DNA from: Candidatus Latescibacterota bacterium
GTDB taxonomy: Bacteria > Latescibacterota > UBA2968 > UBA8231
Direction of reading: 5' to 3'
Length of the DNA stretch: 64,000 nucleotides
Assembly (NCBI GenBank): GCA_965215195.1
Contig: CBDCDC010000001.1
Coordinates: forward strand, 224,001 to 288,000
Position numbers and translations under genes: made by a program. A model generated the notes under the pieces. The model saw only the letters and a program-made list of their open reading frames with translations. It ran no database searches and was not told the DNA's origin. Of this stretch, positions 37,745 to 47,672 are shown in pieces (positions within the stretch are counted from its first letter, which is position 1; each line of letters opens with the position of its first letter).

Positions 37745-38819
37745 GTCCCAGCGCGAAGTGCAGGCACTCCTCGCCCTGAGCCAAGCCGAGCGGCTCGGGC
37801 GCGTGCGGCGCTTGCTCGCCCACTTTGGCTCGGCGCAAGAAGCCCTTGCGGCCGCAGATTGGACTGCAGCCGTGGGATCCCGCGCACCCGAGCAGCGTCC
37901 GACGCAAGCCAACTTCGCTTGGGCCGCCGCGCAGTGGCAAAGGCTCTGCGCGGCCGGCGGCCGCTGCCTAGCTCCGGGAGACGCGCACTATCCCCAACTA
38001 CTGAGCCAAATCGCCGCGCCGCCCCCGGTGCTGTTTGCGTTGGGGCCGGACGACTTGGCCCCTCCCACCGTGGCCATCGTCGGCTCGCGCAAGGCATCCG
38101 ATGGCGGCAAGCTAATCGCCGGCGAGCTGGCCCGCGGCCTAGTGGCGCAAGGCGTCTGCATCGTCAGCGGCTTGGCTTTCGGCATCGACGGGGCCGCCCA
38201 CGAGGCCGCGCTCGCGGCCGGCGGGCGCACCATCGCCGTGCTGGGCTGCGGGGCCGACGTGCCCTATCCCCGAGTCCACACCCAGCTCTACCGCCAAATC
38301 CGCGAACGCGGCGCCCTCGTCTCCGAGTTTGCTTGGGGGGCGCAGCCCGAGCGGGGGGCCTTCCCGCGCCGCAACCGCATCATCAGCGGGCTGAGCTTGG
38401 GGGTGGTCATCGTCGAGGCTCCGCAAAAGAGCGGCGCACTGATTACGGTGCAACACGCACTCGATCAAAACCGCGAGGTCTTCGCCGTGCCCGGAGACGT
38501 GCGCTCGGGCCGCAACGCGGGCTGCCACCAGCTCATCAAAGACGGGGCGAAATTGGTGGAGGATGTGGAGGACGTGCTAGAGGAATTGGCCGCGTGGGCG
38601 GCACCGCGCCTGCAACCCGACCCCGCGCCCGCGCCCGCTCTTCCCCCGGAGGAAGAGCGCGTCTATGCCCTGCTCTCGCGCCAACCCCGGCACATCGACG
38701 AACTCGCCCAAGACAGCGCCCTGCCGCCCGCGACCCTGCTCGACGTACTGCTGCGGTTGGAACTCGACGGGCTGGTGGACCAGCTCGCGGGCAAGCGATT
38801 TTTGCGGCGAGCGGGGTAA
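37737..38819 (+). CDS. dprA: DNA-processing protein DprA (full length)
   Basis: YPQLL..PPPVLF, AIVGSR, VSGLAFGID, FPRRNRIISG, SGALIT, GCHQLIKDGA, C-terminal winged helix. Confidence 0.95.
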   Translation: MPESQREVQALLALSQAERLGRVRRLLAHFGSAQEALAAADWTAAVGSRAPEQRPTQANFAWAAAQWQRLCAAGGRCLAPGDAHYPQLLSQIAAPPPVLFALGPDDLAPPTVAIVGSRKASDGGKLIAGELARGLVAQGVCIVSGLAFGIDGAAHEAALAAGGRTIAVLGCGADVPYPRVHTQLYRQIRERGALVSEFAWGAQPERGAFPRRNRIISGLSLGVVIVEAPQKSGALITVQHALDQNREVFAVPGDVRSGRNAGCHQLIKDGAKLVEDVEDVLEELAAWAAPRLQPDPAPAPALPPEEERVYALLSRQPRHIDELAQDSALPPATLLDVLLRLELDGLVDQLAGKRFLRRAG

Positions 38820-38941
38820 TCCCACCCATCCGCCGTCATTTGCGTATCGGCCGATTGCACGGCCTTGTCGGCAACAGATTCTTCACTTCACCGCGCCTTG
38901 TGCAATTTTGTGAATAACGCAGGATGGCTATGCGGCCGCGG

Positions 38942-39085
38942 CTAGTCGTCCGAGTGCCCGATCTGCAAAGGTTCGTCGCGGTGAGATTTGGATTTGGCGC
39001 GAAAAAAAGGCCGCGTCAAACGCCACAGCACATACGCTGCGGCGAGCGCGGCAAGGGCGACGGCCACCGGCGTTTGCCAGTCCAT
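38942..39085 (-). CDS. Small FeoB-associated membrane protein
   Basis: 47 aa, MDWQT...AAYVLWR single TM, directly after the feoB stop. Confidence 0.6.
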   Translation of the reverse strand: MDWQTPVAVALAALAAAYVLWRLTRPFFRAKSKSHRDEPLQIGHSDD

Positions 39086-39086
39086 T

Positions 39087-41219
39087 TCAAAAGCCCAAGG
39101 CCGTGCCAGCTTGGTACGTGGCCAGCGCACCGACGTAAGCGAGGGTCGTCATATAGCCAAAGCTGAACAGGGACCAGCCATAGGAGCCGGTCTCTTTTTT
39201 TATGACGACCAAGGTCGAGAGGCACTGGGCGCAGAGAGCGAAGAAGACCATGATCGACAGCGCGACCGGCAGGGTGTAAATCGGGCGACCATCCGGCCAA
39301 GTAGCCGCGGCCAAGGTCGTGCGCAGGCTCTCGGAGCCTTCGTCCTCGCCCGCGCCGAGGCTGTAGATGGTGCCCAAGGCCGAGATGATGACTTCGCGGG
39401 CCGGGAAGGAAGCGATGACCGCCATGCCAATGCGCCAGTCCCATCCCAAAGGACGCACGGCCGGCGCGACCCAGTGCCCGGCTTGGCCGAGATAGCTGTT
39501 TTCCACCAGCTCGGCCGCTTGGCGCTTTTCCAAGGCGTCAAGGGCTTCAGGCGCAACCGCTTGGCGCTCAACTTGGTGGCGCTCGATCGCAGCTTCCGAG
39601 CGCGGGAAGTACGCCAGCGCCCACATCACAACAGTCGTCGCCAAAATGAGGCTGCCGGCGCGGACGACAAAGGCGCGGCCGCTGTGGTACACGCGCAGCA
39701 GCACCGTGCGCAGATCGGGCGTCTTGTACGAAGGCAGCTCCAGCAGAAAGGGCGGGGCATCGCCGCTGAGCAAGGTCCGCTTGAGCAACCAAGCCACCGG
39801 GATGGCGACGAGCGCACCGAGGCAATAGAAGGCGAGCAGGGTCAGGGCCTGCAAGCCGATGATTCCACCCCACAGCGGGCGGTCTGGAACAAAGGCCCCG
39901 ATGAAGAGCACGTACACCGGCAGGCGCGCCGAGCAGCTCATCAGGGGCGCGACCAAAATGGTGGCAAAGCGGTCGCGCCGGTCTTCAATGGTGCGGGCGG
40001 CCATGATGCCCGGGACGGCGCAGGCAAAGCTGGACAGCAGGGGAATGAAGGCCGTGCCAGAAAGCCCCACGCGGGTGAGCAGCCGATCCATCAACAGGGC
40101 GGCGCGGGCCATGTAGCCACTGTCTTCGAGCAGGGCAATAAAAAAGAACAGGATGGCTATCTGCGGCAGGAAGATGAGCACGCCGCCGACGCCGGCGATG
40201 AGCCCATCAACGACGAGGCTTTGCAGGGGGCCGGCCGGGATGAGTGCCGCGGCCCGGTCGCCGCAGGCGGCGAAGAGCGCGTCGACGCCATCCATCAGCG
40301 GCCCCGACCAAGTGTAAATGGCCTGAAATACCAAGACGTTGACCAGCGCAAAAATCGCCGTGCCGAAGAGGCGGTGCGCGAGAATGCGGTCGATCCGATC
40401 CGAGCGGCGGCTCTCTAGGCGGTCGGGCTGGGAAATCGCCCGCGAGAGCAGGCGGTCAATCCAAGCATAGCGGGCATTGCTTTCGAGCGCGGAAAGGGAA
40501 TCTGCGCCGGCCGTGCGCAGGTCGCGCAAGCGGGCAGCCGTGCCATCCCCAGCCGACGCCAACAAGCGGTGCTCGGCATAGCCGTCTTCATCAACTAGGG
40601 CGCGCAGGGCCTCTACCGGAGAGAGCGGCCCGGAGACCGCGGCTTGCAGGTCGGCCGTGGCGCGCTGGAGCCGGTCGGGCAGGTCCACCCGCTGCGGCCG
40701 CGCCGGCGTCGGACCCACGCTCAAAGCCGCCAACGTGCGCCGCAGCTCATCCAGCCCCTGCCGGCGGTGGGCACAGATGGGAACCACCGGCGCACCGAGC
40801 ATCTCAGACAAGGCACGGGCGTCAATGCGAATGCCGCGCCGGATTGCTATATCCCCCATGTTGAGGGCTACGACCAAGGGCAAATCTATTTCCGCAAGCT
40901 GGGAAACCAAGTAGAGGTTGCGCCGCAGGTTGCTGGCATCGACGACCGCCAAGATGCCATCTATGGGCGGCGCGTCTCGCTGTTGGCCTAAGAGCACGTC
41001 AATGGCCAGCATCTCGTCGGGCGAGTGCGCGGCGAGGCTATAGGCGCCGGGCAGGTCAATCAGGTCCAGCGCACCTTTCCCATCCAGCGTCACCGTCCCC
41101 ACTTTGTGTTCAACAGTGACGCCCGGGTAGTTACCAGCCCGCTGTGCAAGGCCGGTTAGAGCGTTGAAAAGCGTGGTCTTGCCGGTGTTGGGATTGCCAA
41201 TAAGTGCGAGGGTCCGCAC
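39087..41219 (-). CDS. feoB: Ferrous iron transporter B
   Basis: GNPNTGKT, NYPGVTVE, DLPG, PLMSCSARLP, ELPSY, CAQC. Confidence 0.95.
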   Translation of the reverse strand: MRTLALIGNPNTGKTTLFNALTGLAQRAGNYPGVTVEHKVGTVTLDGKGALDLIDLPGAYSLAAHSPDEMLAIDVLLGQQRDAPPIDGILAVVDASNLRRNLYLVSQLAEIDLPLVVALNMGDIAIRRGIRIDARALSEMLGAPVVPICAHRRQGLDELRRTLAALSVGPTPARPQRVDLPDRLQRATADLQAAVSGPLSPVEALRALVDEDGYAEHRLLASAGDGTAARLRDLRTAGADSLSALESNARYAWIDRLLSRAISQPDRLESRRSDRIDRILAHRLFGTAIFALVNVLVFQAIYTWSGPLMDGVDALFAACGDRAAALIPAGPLQSLVVDGLIAGVGGVLIFLPQIAILFFFIALLEDSGYMARAALLMDRLLTRVGLSGTAFIPLLSSFACAVPGIMAARTIEDRRDRFATILVAPLMSCSARLPVYVLFIGAFVPDRPLWGGIIGLQALTLLAFYCLGALVAIPVAWLLKRTLLSGDAPPFLLELPSYKTPDLRTVLLRVYHSGRAFVVRAGSLILATTVVMWALAYFPRSEAAIERHQVERQAVAPEALDALEKRQAAELVENSYLGQAGHWVAPAVRPLGWDWRIGMAVIASFPAREVIISALGTIYSLGAGEDEGSESLRTTLAAATWPDGRPIYTLPVALSIMVFFALCAQCLSTLVVIKKETGSYGWSLFSFGYMTTLAYVGALATYQAGTALGF

Positions 41220-41243
41220 AAGGGGCCTGCTGAGCAGGAAAAA

Positions 41244-41492
41244 CTAGGGGACGAGGCGGATGGCGGCCGCATCTGTGCGCCGGAGCGCGAGGCGGGTCTG
41301 TCCTATCTGGACGATGAGCGCGGTCCCGGAGCGCAGTACGCGCAAGTGTTCACCGGGCAAAAAGCCCAATTCGCGCAGACGGGCGGCCAAGCGCGCGGGA
41401 GCCGAGATTTCGGCGACGATGGCTTCGCTGTGCCGAGGCAGTTGCGACAAGTCGAGCGGGGCGGCTGAAGTGCGGGGATTGCGAGGTTCCAC
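41244..41492 (-). CDS. feoA: FeoA family protein
   Basis: RLRELGFLPG...RLALRR; lies upstream of feoB. Confidence 0.85.
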   Translation of the reverse strand: MEPRNPRTSAAPLDLSQLPRHSEAIVAEISAPARLAARLRELGFLPGEHLRVLRSGTALIVQIGQTRLALRRTDAAAIRLVP

Positions 41493-41528
41493 GCGATATA
41501 TCCGGCTACGTTGTTTAAGCTACTAACG

Positions 41529-41552
41529 ATATGTTTACTATACCAAACATAT
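41529..41552. promoter_or_regulatory. Palindromic operator upstream of feoAB (candidate metal-responsive repressor site)
   Basis: ATATGTTT-N8-AAACATAT in the AT-rich divergent promoter region. Confidence 0.55.
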
Positions 41553-41687
41553 GTAATAAGGGCCATAAGTCAATGTATTTTTTAGAAGGTTATAAAAATT
41601 GACCGGCTAGAATTCGACAAGCGATGAGGCGTTGTTCATCTTAGTTCCGATTTGCGAAACGCGGTTTTTACAGAAGGCAGGGGGGCC

Positions 41688-42551
41688 ATGACAAAAATTA
41701 TAGGAGCGTTGTTGCTCGGCGCAGTCCAAACAGGTGCGGTGGATTTTTACGCGCATTGGGGCGACGGGAAGGCCGAGATATCCAGCTACGAGGTGGTGCA
41801 GCCGCGCTACGGCGAGCGGCGGCCGGGGTACGGGGTGATGATTTTCGTGACCGAGAGCCTGCACCGGCAGACCTTTATCAAGGTCGATTCGCCGACGCCA
41901 GAGGCCGACCAATTCTACGCACTCAAGCTCAACCACATCCTCAAGTTTGCCACCGGGATATACGACTATTCAGTAATGACTTCGGTTTTCAGCCAAGTCG
42001 CGGGCGGGCGGCATCCCTTTGCGCTGCGGCGCATTTCGTTTAGCGCACAAGAGTGGTGCGGACAGGTCTTTGACGAAGCCCTGTTCAGCGCCGGGCAGAT
42101 CAACGGGCAAATCAGCAGCTATTTTGCCAGCGAGGGCCGGGGCACCTATCAGCTAAAGCAGCCCGAGCACTTCGCGAGCGAGGATCATCTGCTGATCCGC
42201 ATCCGGGAGCTGCAAGGGCCGTTCATGGCCCTCGGCGAGGTGCGGGAGGTGGAGGTGCTGCCGAGCTTTTGGCAGCTTAGGCAGGCGCATCAGCCTCATG
42301 CGGTCGTGTCCGGGCGGATCCACAAGGCCGCCGAGACCGCAGCCGGTGCGCTGGCCAGCGTGCGATGGGACCTGCACATTGGCCAGCGGCAGCGGACGCT
42401 GTGGACGGAAAAAACCTATCCGCATCGGATTCTGCGCTGGGAGGACAGCACTGGAGGGCGCGGCGAATTGATGCGGACGATCCGGGTGCCCTACTGGGAA
42501 TTGCAAGCCAACGCAGACGAGGTGTACCGGCGGGAGCTGGGCATCCCCTGA
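41688..42551 (+). CDS. Hypothetical exported protein
   Basis: Signal-like N-terminus; WGDGKAEISSY...TGIYDYSVMTSVF conserved-looking blocks. Confidence 0.65.
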   Translation: MTKIIGALLLGAVQTGAVDFYAHWGDGKAEISSYEVVQPRYGERRPGYGVMIFVTESLHRQTFIKVDSPTPEADQFYALKLNHILKFATGIYDYSVMTSVFSQVAGGRHPFALRRISFSAQEWCGQVFDEALFSAGQINGQISSYFASEGRGTYQLKQPEHFASEDHLLIRIRELQGPFMALGEVREVEVLPSFWQLRQAHQPHAVVSGRIHKAAETAAGALASVRWDLHIGQRQRTLWTEKTYPHRILRWEDSTGGRGELMRTIRVPYWELQANADEVYRRELGIP

Positions 42552-42685
42552 GGGTGTCCACGCGGTTTGCCGCGGAGCGGCCCCGGGCGGCCGGTTTGGC
42601 CCGCTAGAGAATGGAGCGGGTCCGGGAGAATTTCACAGAGATGCGAGGCGGACGCACCGCGACCATTTTGCCCAGGCCTCGCCGC

Positions 42686-43525
42686 TCACGCCGCGTCGTA
42701 TTTGGCCATCAAGGCGCGCAAGTAGCTCACGGCCTTGGGCACGGCCGTTGCCTCGGCTTCCACGTCCTGCCCTTCGTACACCACCGACAGCCAGCCATTG
42801 TACTTGACTCCCTGCAAAATCTCGAAGATGCGCGGATAGTTGAGCCACTCTTCAACGCCGCTTTGGATGCGATAGATCTTGCAGCGGACGTGGACGGCCA
42901 ACGGAGCGGTTTCCGCGATGCTGCCGTAAAAGTTGAGGGCGGGATCCTCGTGCCCGCGCTGGCCCGAGGCCCCGGGCGAACCCACGTATTGACCCGTGTC
43001 GAGGATGTGCGAGAAATAGGGGTTGTCAACGCCCTCGACAATGCGGCGCACATCTTTGCCCGTGCGTGTGACGCAGCCGTGGTTGTGGTTGTGCAAGCCG
43101 ACGACCACGCCCTTTTCCTCGCCGTGGGCCGCCACTTCCTCAAGGCAGGGCATCATCCGCGCCCACACGTCCTCTTCGCGGTCGCCTTGGGGAATCCACG
43201 CGGCAAAGACCCGCACCAACGGAATGCCCATAAACTCGGCCACGTCAATCCACTTCTTGGCGCTGGCGACTTCCGCGGCGAGCTCGTCTTGGGGCTTGCC
43301 GAAGTTGGAGCTGACGCCAATATAGGAGAGCGCGAGCCCGCGGCGGAAGGCCTGCATGCGAATGCCGCGCAGGTACGCCGGGTCGAGCGAGGCAAAGGCG
43401 CGGGTGTGAATGTCGATGCCATCGAGGCCGAGCTGGTAGGCGCGTTCAATAAACTGCTCCAAGTCGAGCTTATTCGCGGCAAATTCGTCTTTGTAGCTCA
43501 GGGACATGCAGCCTAATTTGAGCAT
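42686..43525 (-). CDS. Sugar phosphate isomerase/epimerase (xylose isomerase-like TIM barrel)
   Basis: GLDGIDI, VRVFA, LDTG, GWLSVVYEG. Confidence 0.85.
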   Translation of the reverse strand: MLKLGCMSLSYKDEFAANKLDLEQFIERAYQLGLDGIDIHTRAFASLDPAYLRGIRMQAFRRGLALSYIGVSSNFGKPQDELAAEVASAKKWIDVAEFMGIPLVRVFAAWIPQGDREEDVWARMMPCLEEVAAHGEEKGVVVGLHNHNHGCVTRTGKDVRRIVEGVDNPYFSHILDTGQYVGSPGASGQRGHEDPALNFYGSIAETAPLAVHVRCKIYRIQSGVEEWLNYPRIFEILQGVKYNGWLSVVYEGQDVEAEATAVPKAVSYLRALMAKYDAA

Positions 43526-43614
43526 TAGGGGCTTCCTTTAGATTGAGGTTGATATTGGGCATATCATGCAGTAAAGCCAGTCATTTCTGCCGAAAAATAA
43601 AGAAAGGCGGACAG

Positions 43615-45213
43615 TCACATACCCCAGACCTCAATCCGCCTGTCGCCGATGGATTCTTCGCGGCGGAATATCTTCTCGTCCCACGATTTGTCCGGGCTGC
43701 GGTCAAAGATGACGAGATGGCCTTCTGCTGCGGCGCAGCAATCCATATAAGCGCGGCTCTGTTCGAGGCCCTCGCGCACGGTCTGATCTAGGCTCTTGTA
43801 AAGCAGTTTGCATTCGATCACCGCCTTTTGAACCGCTTGACTCGGCCGGAGGCTGCCAGGGGTCGGCCACACAATCAGCAGGTCCGTGCGCAGCCGACCC
43901 AAGCCATACTCGCGCTCGATCCGCCCGCCGCTGTTGACGATGCGTTGCAGAAACGCCTGTAGCAGCAACTGGGGACCGGCTTCCTTGTATTGAAACCGCT
44001 CGATCCAGTGTTCGGAATGTTCGCGGAAGAACCCTTGGAACGCGGTTAGCAAATCGGCAAGGCGCAGCCGCCCGTCGGCATCCACGTACCAAGCCGGGTC
44101 TTGCGCGAGGTAGGCCTGCGTGGTGTAGGTCAGGTCGCGGGGGATGACCTCCTGATAGATTGGGTTGGCAATGGCGATGGGGTCTTGCCGGCGCACGAGA
44201 CCCAGATCGCGGACGTATTCTACGTCGTCTTGGGGAATGGCCTCGGCGGGTTCGACCCCGCTAAGCAGCGGCTCTACCACGCGCCGCACGCGCTCCTCTT
44301 GCAGCTTGTCGGTGAGTTGGTCGAGGTGGGTTTCGCGGCGCAAGATGAGTTGCTCGCGGGCGCTGCATATAGCCTCGGCGGTGACCGGCCAACTGCGCTC
44401 GCGCCCGGCCTTGTTCTTAAAGCAGGCTTCGTACGCCAAGGCGTTGACCAGCCACGGCTGGCCCTGCGTCAGTTGCCAGATTTTGTTCTGGGCATCCTCG
44501 GCAAACACCTGCCCGGTGGCCTCGGTGTGTTGCGCCAACAGCCTTTGCACTTCGTCCGCGGTGAAGTCGCCCAAGCGCAGGGACTCGGCGCGGATGTTGA
44601 ACGCGCTGCCGCCAGCGATGATCGCGTTCTCCTGTGTGGACCGAATCCGGTAGTCGCGCACATCGCGCACCCCGCACAGGATCGCGCTCAGGGGAAATCG
44701 CGCCGGCCGTTGGGGGTATCCGGCGCGGAGTTGTCGCAACACGGCCAGCAGGGCATCGCCAATAAGTGCGTCGATTTCGTCCAGCAACAGCACTAGGGGC
44801 TTCGGATCGGCCTCAGCCCAGCGGCTCAACACCTCTCGGAATGCGCGATGCGGGGGGGTTTTTTGCACCACAGCGGGCCAAATTTCCCCTAGGGCATCGC
44901 CGGGGAGGGTCCATTCGGCCATCTGCGCCAACTCCCCTATGACAGTAGCTATGGCCGCGGCCACATCGTCCCGCGCTGTCTGGGCAAGCTCGACATTGGC
45001 ATATACGCAGCGATAAGCACCCTCGTCGTTCAGCTTGTCCGCCAGCGCCAACAAGGCAGATGTCTTGCCCGTCTGCCGAGGAGCGTGTAGGGCGAAATAC
45101 TTCCCCTGCCGGATCAGCGACAGGACCTCGTCGATATCCAAGCGCGAAAGCGGGGGGATGCAGTAATGTTCGGCGGGGCGCATCGGCCCTGCTGTATTGA
45201 AAAAGCGCATCAT
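43615..45213 (-). CDS. AAA-like ATPase with C-terminal PD-(D/E)XK-like nuclease domain
   Basis: RFFNTAGP, HAPRQTGKT, LLLDEID, SAFNI, TQGQPWLVN, EREY..RTDL..VIECK. Confidence 0.85.
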   Translation of the reverse strand: MMRFFNTAGPMRPAEHYCIPPLSRLDIDEVLSLIRQGKYFALHAPRQTGKTSALLALADKLNDEGAYRCVYANVELAQTARDDVAAAIATVIGELAQMAEWTLPGDALGEIWPAVVQKTPPHRAFREVLSRWAEADPKPLVLLLDEIDALIGDALLAVLRQLRAGYPQRPARFPLSAILCGVRDVRDYRIRSTQENAIIAGGSAFNIRAESLRLGDFTADEVQRLLAQHTEATGQVFAEDAQNKIWQLTQGQPWLVNALAYEACFKNKAGRERSWPVTAEAICSAREQLILRRETHLDQLTDKLQEERVRRVVEPLLSGVEPAEAIPQDDVEYVRDLGLVRRQDPIAIANPIYQEVIPRDLTYTTQAYLAQDPAWYVDADGRLRLADLLTAFQGFFREHSEHWIERFQYKEAGPQLLLQAFLQRIVNSGGRIEREYGLGRLRTDLLIVWPTPGSLRPSQAVQKAVIECKLLYKSLDQTVREGLEQSRAYMDCCAAAEGHLVIFDRSPDKSWDEKIFRREESIGDRRIEVWGM

Positions 45214-45330
45214 AGTTGTGTTGAACGTTTATTGGATTCCTAATCTAACGAACCACAGCGCGGCGGCCAATTTGTCCGCAGCCGGGGCTTGTGCTATTTT
45301 CCGCGCTTCACCTCCAACGAAAGCAAGGCC

Positions 45331-46434
45331 GTGATCGAAATAGGAGAGTACAAAGTCGCCGAGCCGGACGGCATTGAGACGCCGGCCATGCTGGTATTTG
45401 CCGACCAACTCGACCACAACATAAAAGCAGTGGGCGAACTAGTCGGCGGCAGCGAGCATCTGTTCGTCCACGTCAAGACCCACAAGTCCATTGACGTAGC
45501 GCGCAAACAGCTCGCGTCCGGCGTGGCCGGATTCAAGTGCGCCACGCTCAAGGAACTGGAAATGGCCCTCGCGGCCGGCGCACAGGAAGCCATTCTGTCC
45601 TATCCGCTGGTGCAAAAACGCAAGGTCCTGCGCTTTGCCGAGTTGGCTCGAAGACAGGCGACCGTCAGCGCGATTGCCAGCGCACCCGCGCACGTGCAGG
45701 TCTTAGGCGCAGTGGCCCAAGAGCGACGACAAACTCTGCGGGTGATGATCGATCTCAACGTAGGCATGTTCCGCACCGGCGTCTCCTTGGCCGCGGCCGC
45801 CGACCTCTACCGTCAAGTCGCCCAACATCCCCACCTGTCCCCGGGCGGGCTGCACTTGTACGACGGGCACGAGCACATCTCCGAGCCTCAGGCGCGCCAA
45901 GCCGCGGCCGAGCGGCACATCCGCGACGCCCAACGCCTAAAAGCAGCCCTCGAAGATGAGGGCTTGGCCGTGCCCCGGGTCGTCGGGGGCGGCTCCTTTT
46001 CCTCTTTGTATTACGCCCGCGCCGAGGGAATGCACGGCTCCCCGGGCACCTGCGTATACTGGGATGCTGGGTACGGTAGCAAAATGGCCGACTTGCCCTT
46101 CAAATGGGCGGCCCTCGTGCTGACGCAAGTGGTCGATCGCTATCCCGCGCAGCAGACGATCACCACGGACTTGGGCACTAAGGCCATTAGCGACGATGGC
46201 CCCATGCCGAGCCGGGCCAAGCTCTTGCAAAACGCAACGGCCGAGCTGCTCAGGCAAAACGAGGAGCACGGCGTCTTCTCTTGGCCCGATCCCCAACCTG
46301 CAATCGGCACCTATCTCCTCGCCGTGCCCGGGCACGTGTGTCCGACGACGATTCGCTACCCGGGCGCCCGCGTCATCGACGGCCACGGGCAGGTTGCCTC
46401 CTACTACCTGCACTCGGCCCGCGACCGCGCCTAA
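45331..46434 (+). CDS. PLP-dependent D-threonine aldolase/D-serine dehydratase-like enzyme (alanine racemase fold)
   Basis: ETPAML, HVKTHK, RTG, YDGH, SPG, NEEH, PGHVCPT. Confidence 0.85.
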   Translation: MIEIGEYKVAEPDGIETPAMLVFADQLDHNIKAVGELVGGSEHLFVHVKTHKSIDVARKQLASGVAGFKCATLKELEMALAAGAQEAILSYPLVQKRKVLRFAELARRQATVSAIASAPAHVQVLGAVAQERRQTLRVMIDLNVGMFRTGVSLAAAADLYRQVAQHPHLSPGGLHLYDGHEHISEPQARQAAAERHIRDAQRLKAALEDEGLAVPRVVGGGSFSSLYYARAEGMHGSPGTCVYWDAGYGSKMADLPFKWAALVLTQVVDRYPAQQTITTDLGTKAISDDGPMPSRAKLLQNATAELLRQNEEHGVFSWPDPQPAIGTYLLAVPGHVCPTTIRYPGARVIDGHGQVASYYLHSARDRA

Positions 46435-46435
46435 C

Positions 46436-47587
46436 ATGCACCCGCTAGCGGAACTAGCCGCCAAGAAGCGGCGGCGGGTCGTGGGCCTGATGTCCGGGAC
46501 CTCGGCCGACGGAATCGACGCCGTGCTAGTTGAGCTGTGGGGCAGCGGCCCATCCACGCGCTACAAAATTTTGTCCTTCGACGCCACGCCGCTGCCCAGC
46601 GCGTTGCGGCGCGAGGTGTTCGCCCTCTTCGCCGCAGACGCTTCGCTCGACGCGCTGTGCCGGGTCAATTTTGCCCTCGGCGAGGCGTTTGCAGCCGCGG
46701 CCCTAGCCGCGGTTGAGCGGGCCGCGCTCGGCCCCGAAGCCATCGACCTAATCGGCTCGCACGGGCAGACCGTGCGCCACCTGCCGGCCAGCGGGGCCAC
46801 CTTGCAGATTGGCGAGCCAGCCGTCATAGCCGCGCGCACGGGCGCGGTGACCATTGCGGACTTTCGCGCGGCCGACATGGCGGTCGGCGGCGAGGGCGCA
46901 CCGCTGGTGCCCTTAGCGGATCACCTGCTCTTTGCCCATCGGCGCGAGGGGCGTCTGCTGCTCAATATCGGCGGGATCGCCAACATCACGGCCTTGCCGC
47001 CCAACGCCGATGCCAGCGCAGTACGGGCCTTTGACCTAGGACCGGGCAACATGCTCATCGACGCGGCCGTGGCGCACTGCACCGGCGGCCGCGAGCACTT
47101 TGACCGCGGGGGCGAGCGAGCGGCGCGAGGGCATGTCGATGAGGCCCTGTTGGCCGAGCTGATGGGCGCCAGCTTCCTACAGCGCGAGCCGCCCAAATCC
47201 ACCGGGCGCGAGGAATTTGGCGCGGCCTTCCTCGCGGACCTCCTCGGCCGCGGCACGTGGCGCGACGACGACCTGATAGCCACCCTGACCGCCTTTACCG
47301 TGCAATCCATTGCCGAGGGCATTCGCCGTTTCTGCCCCGGAGACTTCGCCAAGCTGTGGGTCGCCGGCGGCGGCGTCCACAATCCGCGCATTATGGCCGG
47401 GTTGCGCCACGCGCTGCCGGGCTTGGCGGTGCGGTCGCTGGCCGAACTAGGCGTCAATCCAGACGTGCGCGAGGCCCTCGCCTTTGCGGTCCTCGCCAAC
47501 GAGACCCTGATGGGCCGCACCGGCAATATCCCGGCCGCCACCCGCGCCCAGCGCCCGGTCGTCCTCGGCAAGATCGCCCTGCCGTGA
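46436..47587 (+). CDS. anmK: Anhydro-N-acetylmuramic acid kinase
   Basis: GLMSGTSADGID, GSHGQT, DFRAAD, GGEGAPLVP, NIGGIAN, PKSTGREEF. Confidence 0.95.
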   Translation: MHPLAELAAKKRRRVVGLMSGTSADGIDAVLVELWGSGPSTRYKILSFDATPLPSALRREVFALFAADASLDALCRVNFALGEAFAAAALAAVERAALGPEAIDLIGSHGQTVRHLPASGATLQIGEPAVIAARTGAVTIADFRAADMAVGGEGAPLVPLADHLLFAHRREGRLLLNIGGIANITALPPNADASAVRAFDLGPGNMLIDAAVAHCTGGREHFDRGGERAARGHVDEALLAELMGASFLQREPPKSTGREEFGAAFLADLLGRGTWRDDDLIATLTAFTVQSIAEGIRRFCPGDFAKLWVAGGGVHNPRIMAGLRHALPGLAVRSLAELGVNPDVREALAFAVLANETLMGRTGNIPAATRAQRPVVLGKIALP

Positions 47588-47672
47588 GGACGAGACCATT
47601 TTCTTGCTGAGAATCCGCGCCGCGAATATGTTTGCCCGCTACTTTCCCGCACCAAACCGCAAAGGAGACGCA

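Noticed and set aside
38905-38925. TTATTCACA (minus strand) as a DnaA box/origin or IS end
   Set aside because: Single copy in a short intergenic region, with no box cluster, partner repeat or transposase.
38988-40418. Long antisense ORFs (e.g. 476 aa opposite feoB, 443 aa opposite sprA, 339 aa opposite the FGE gene)
   Set aside because: These are shadow ORFs expected in high-GC DNA opposite well-supported genes, with no motifs.
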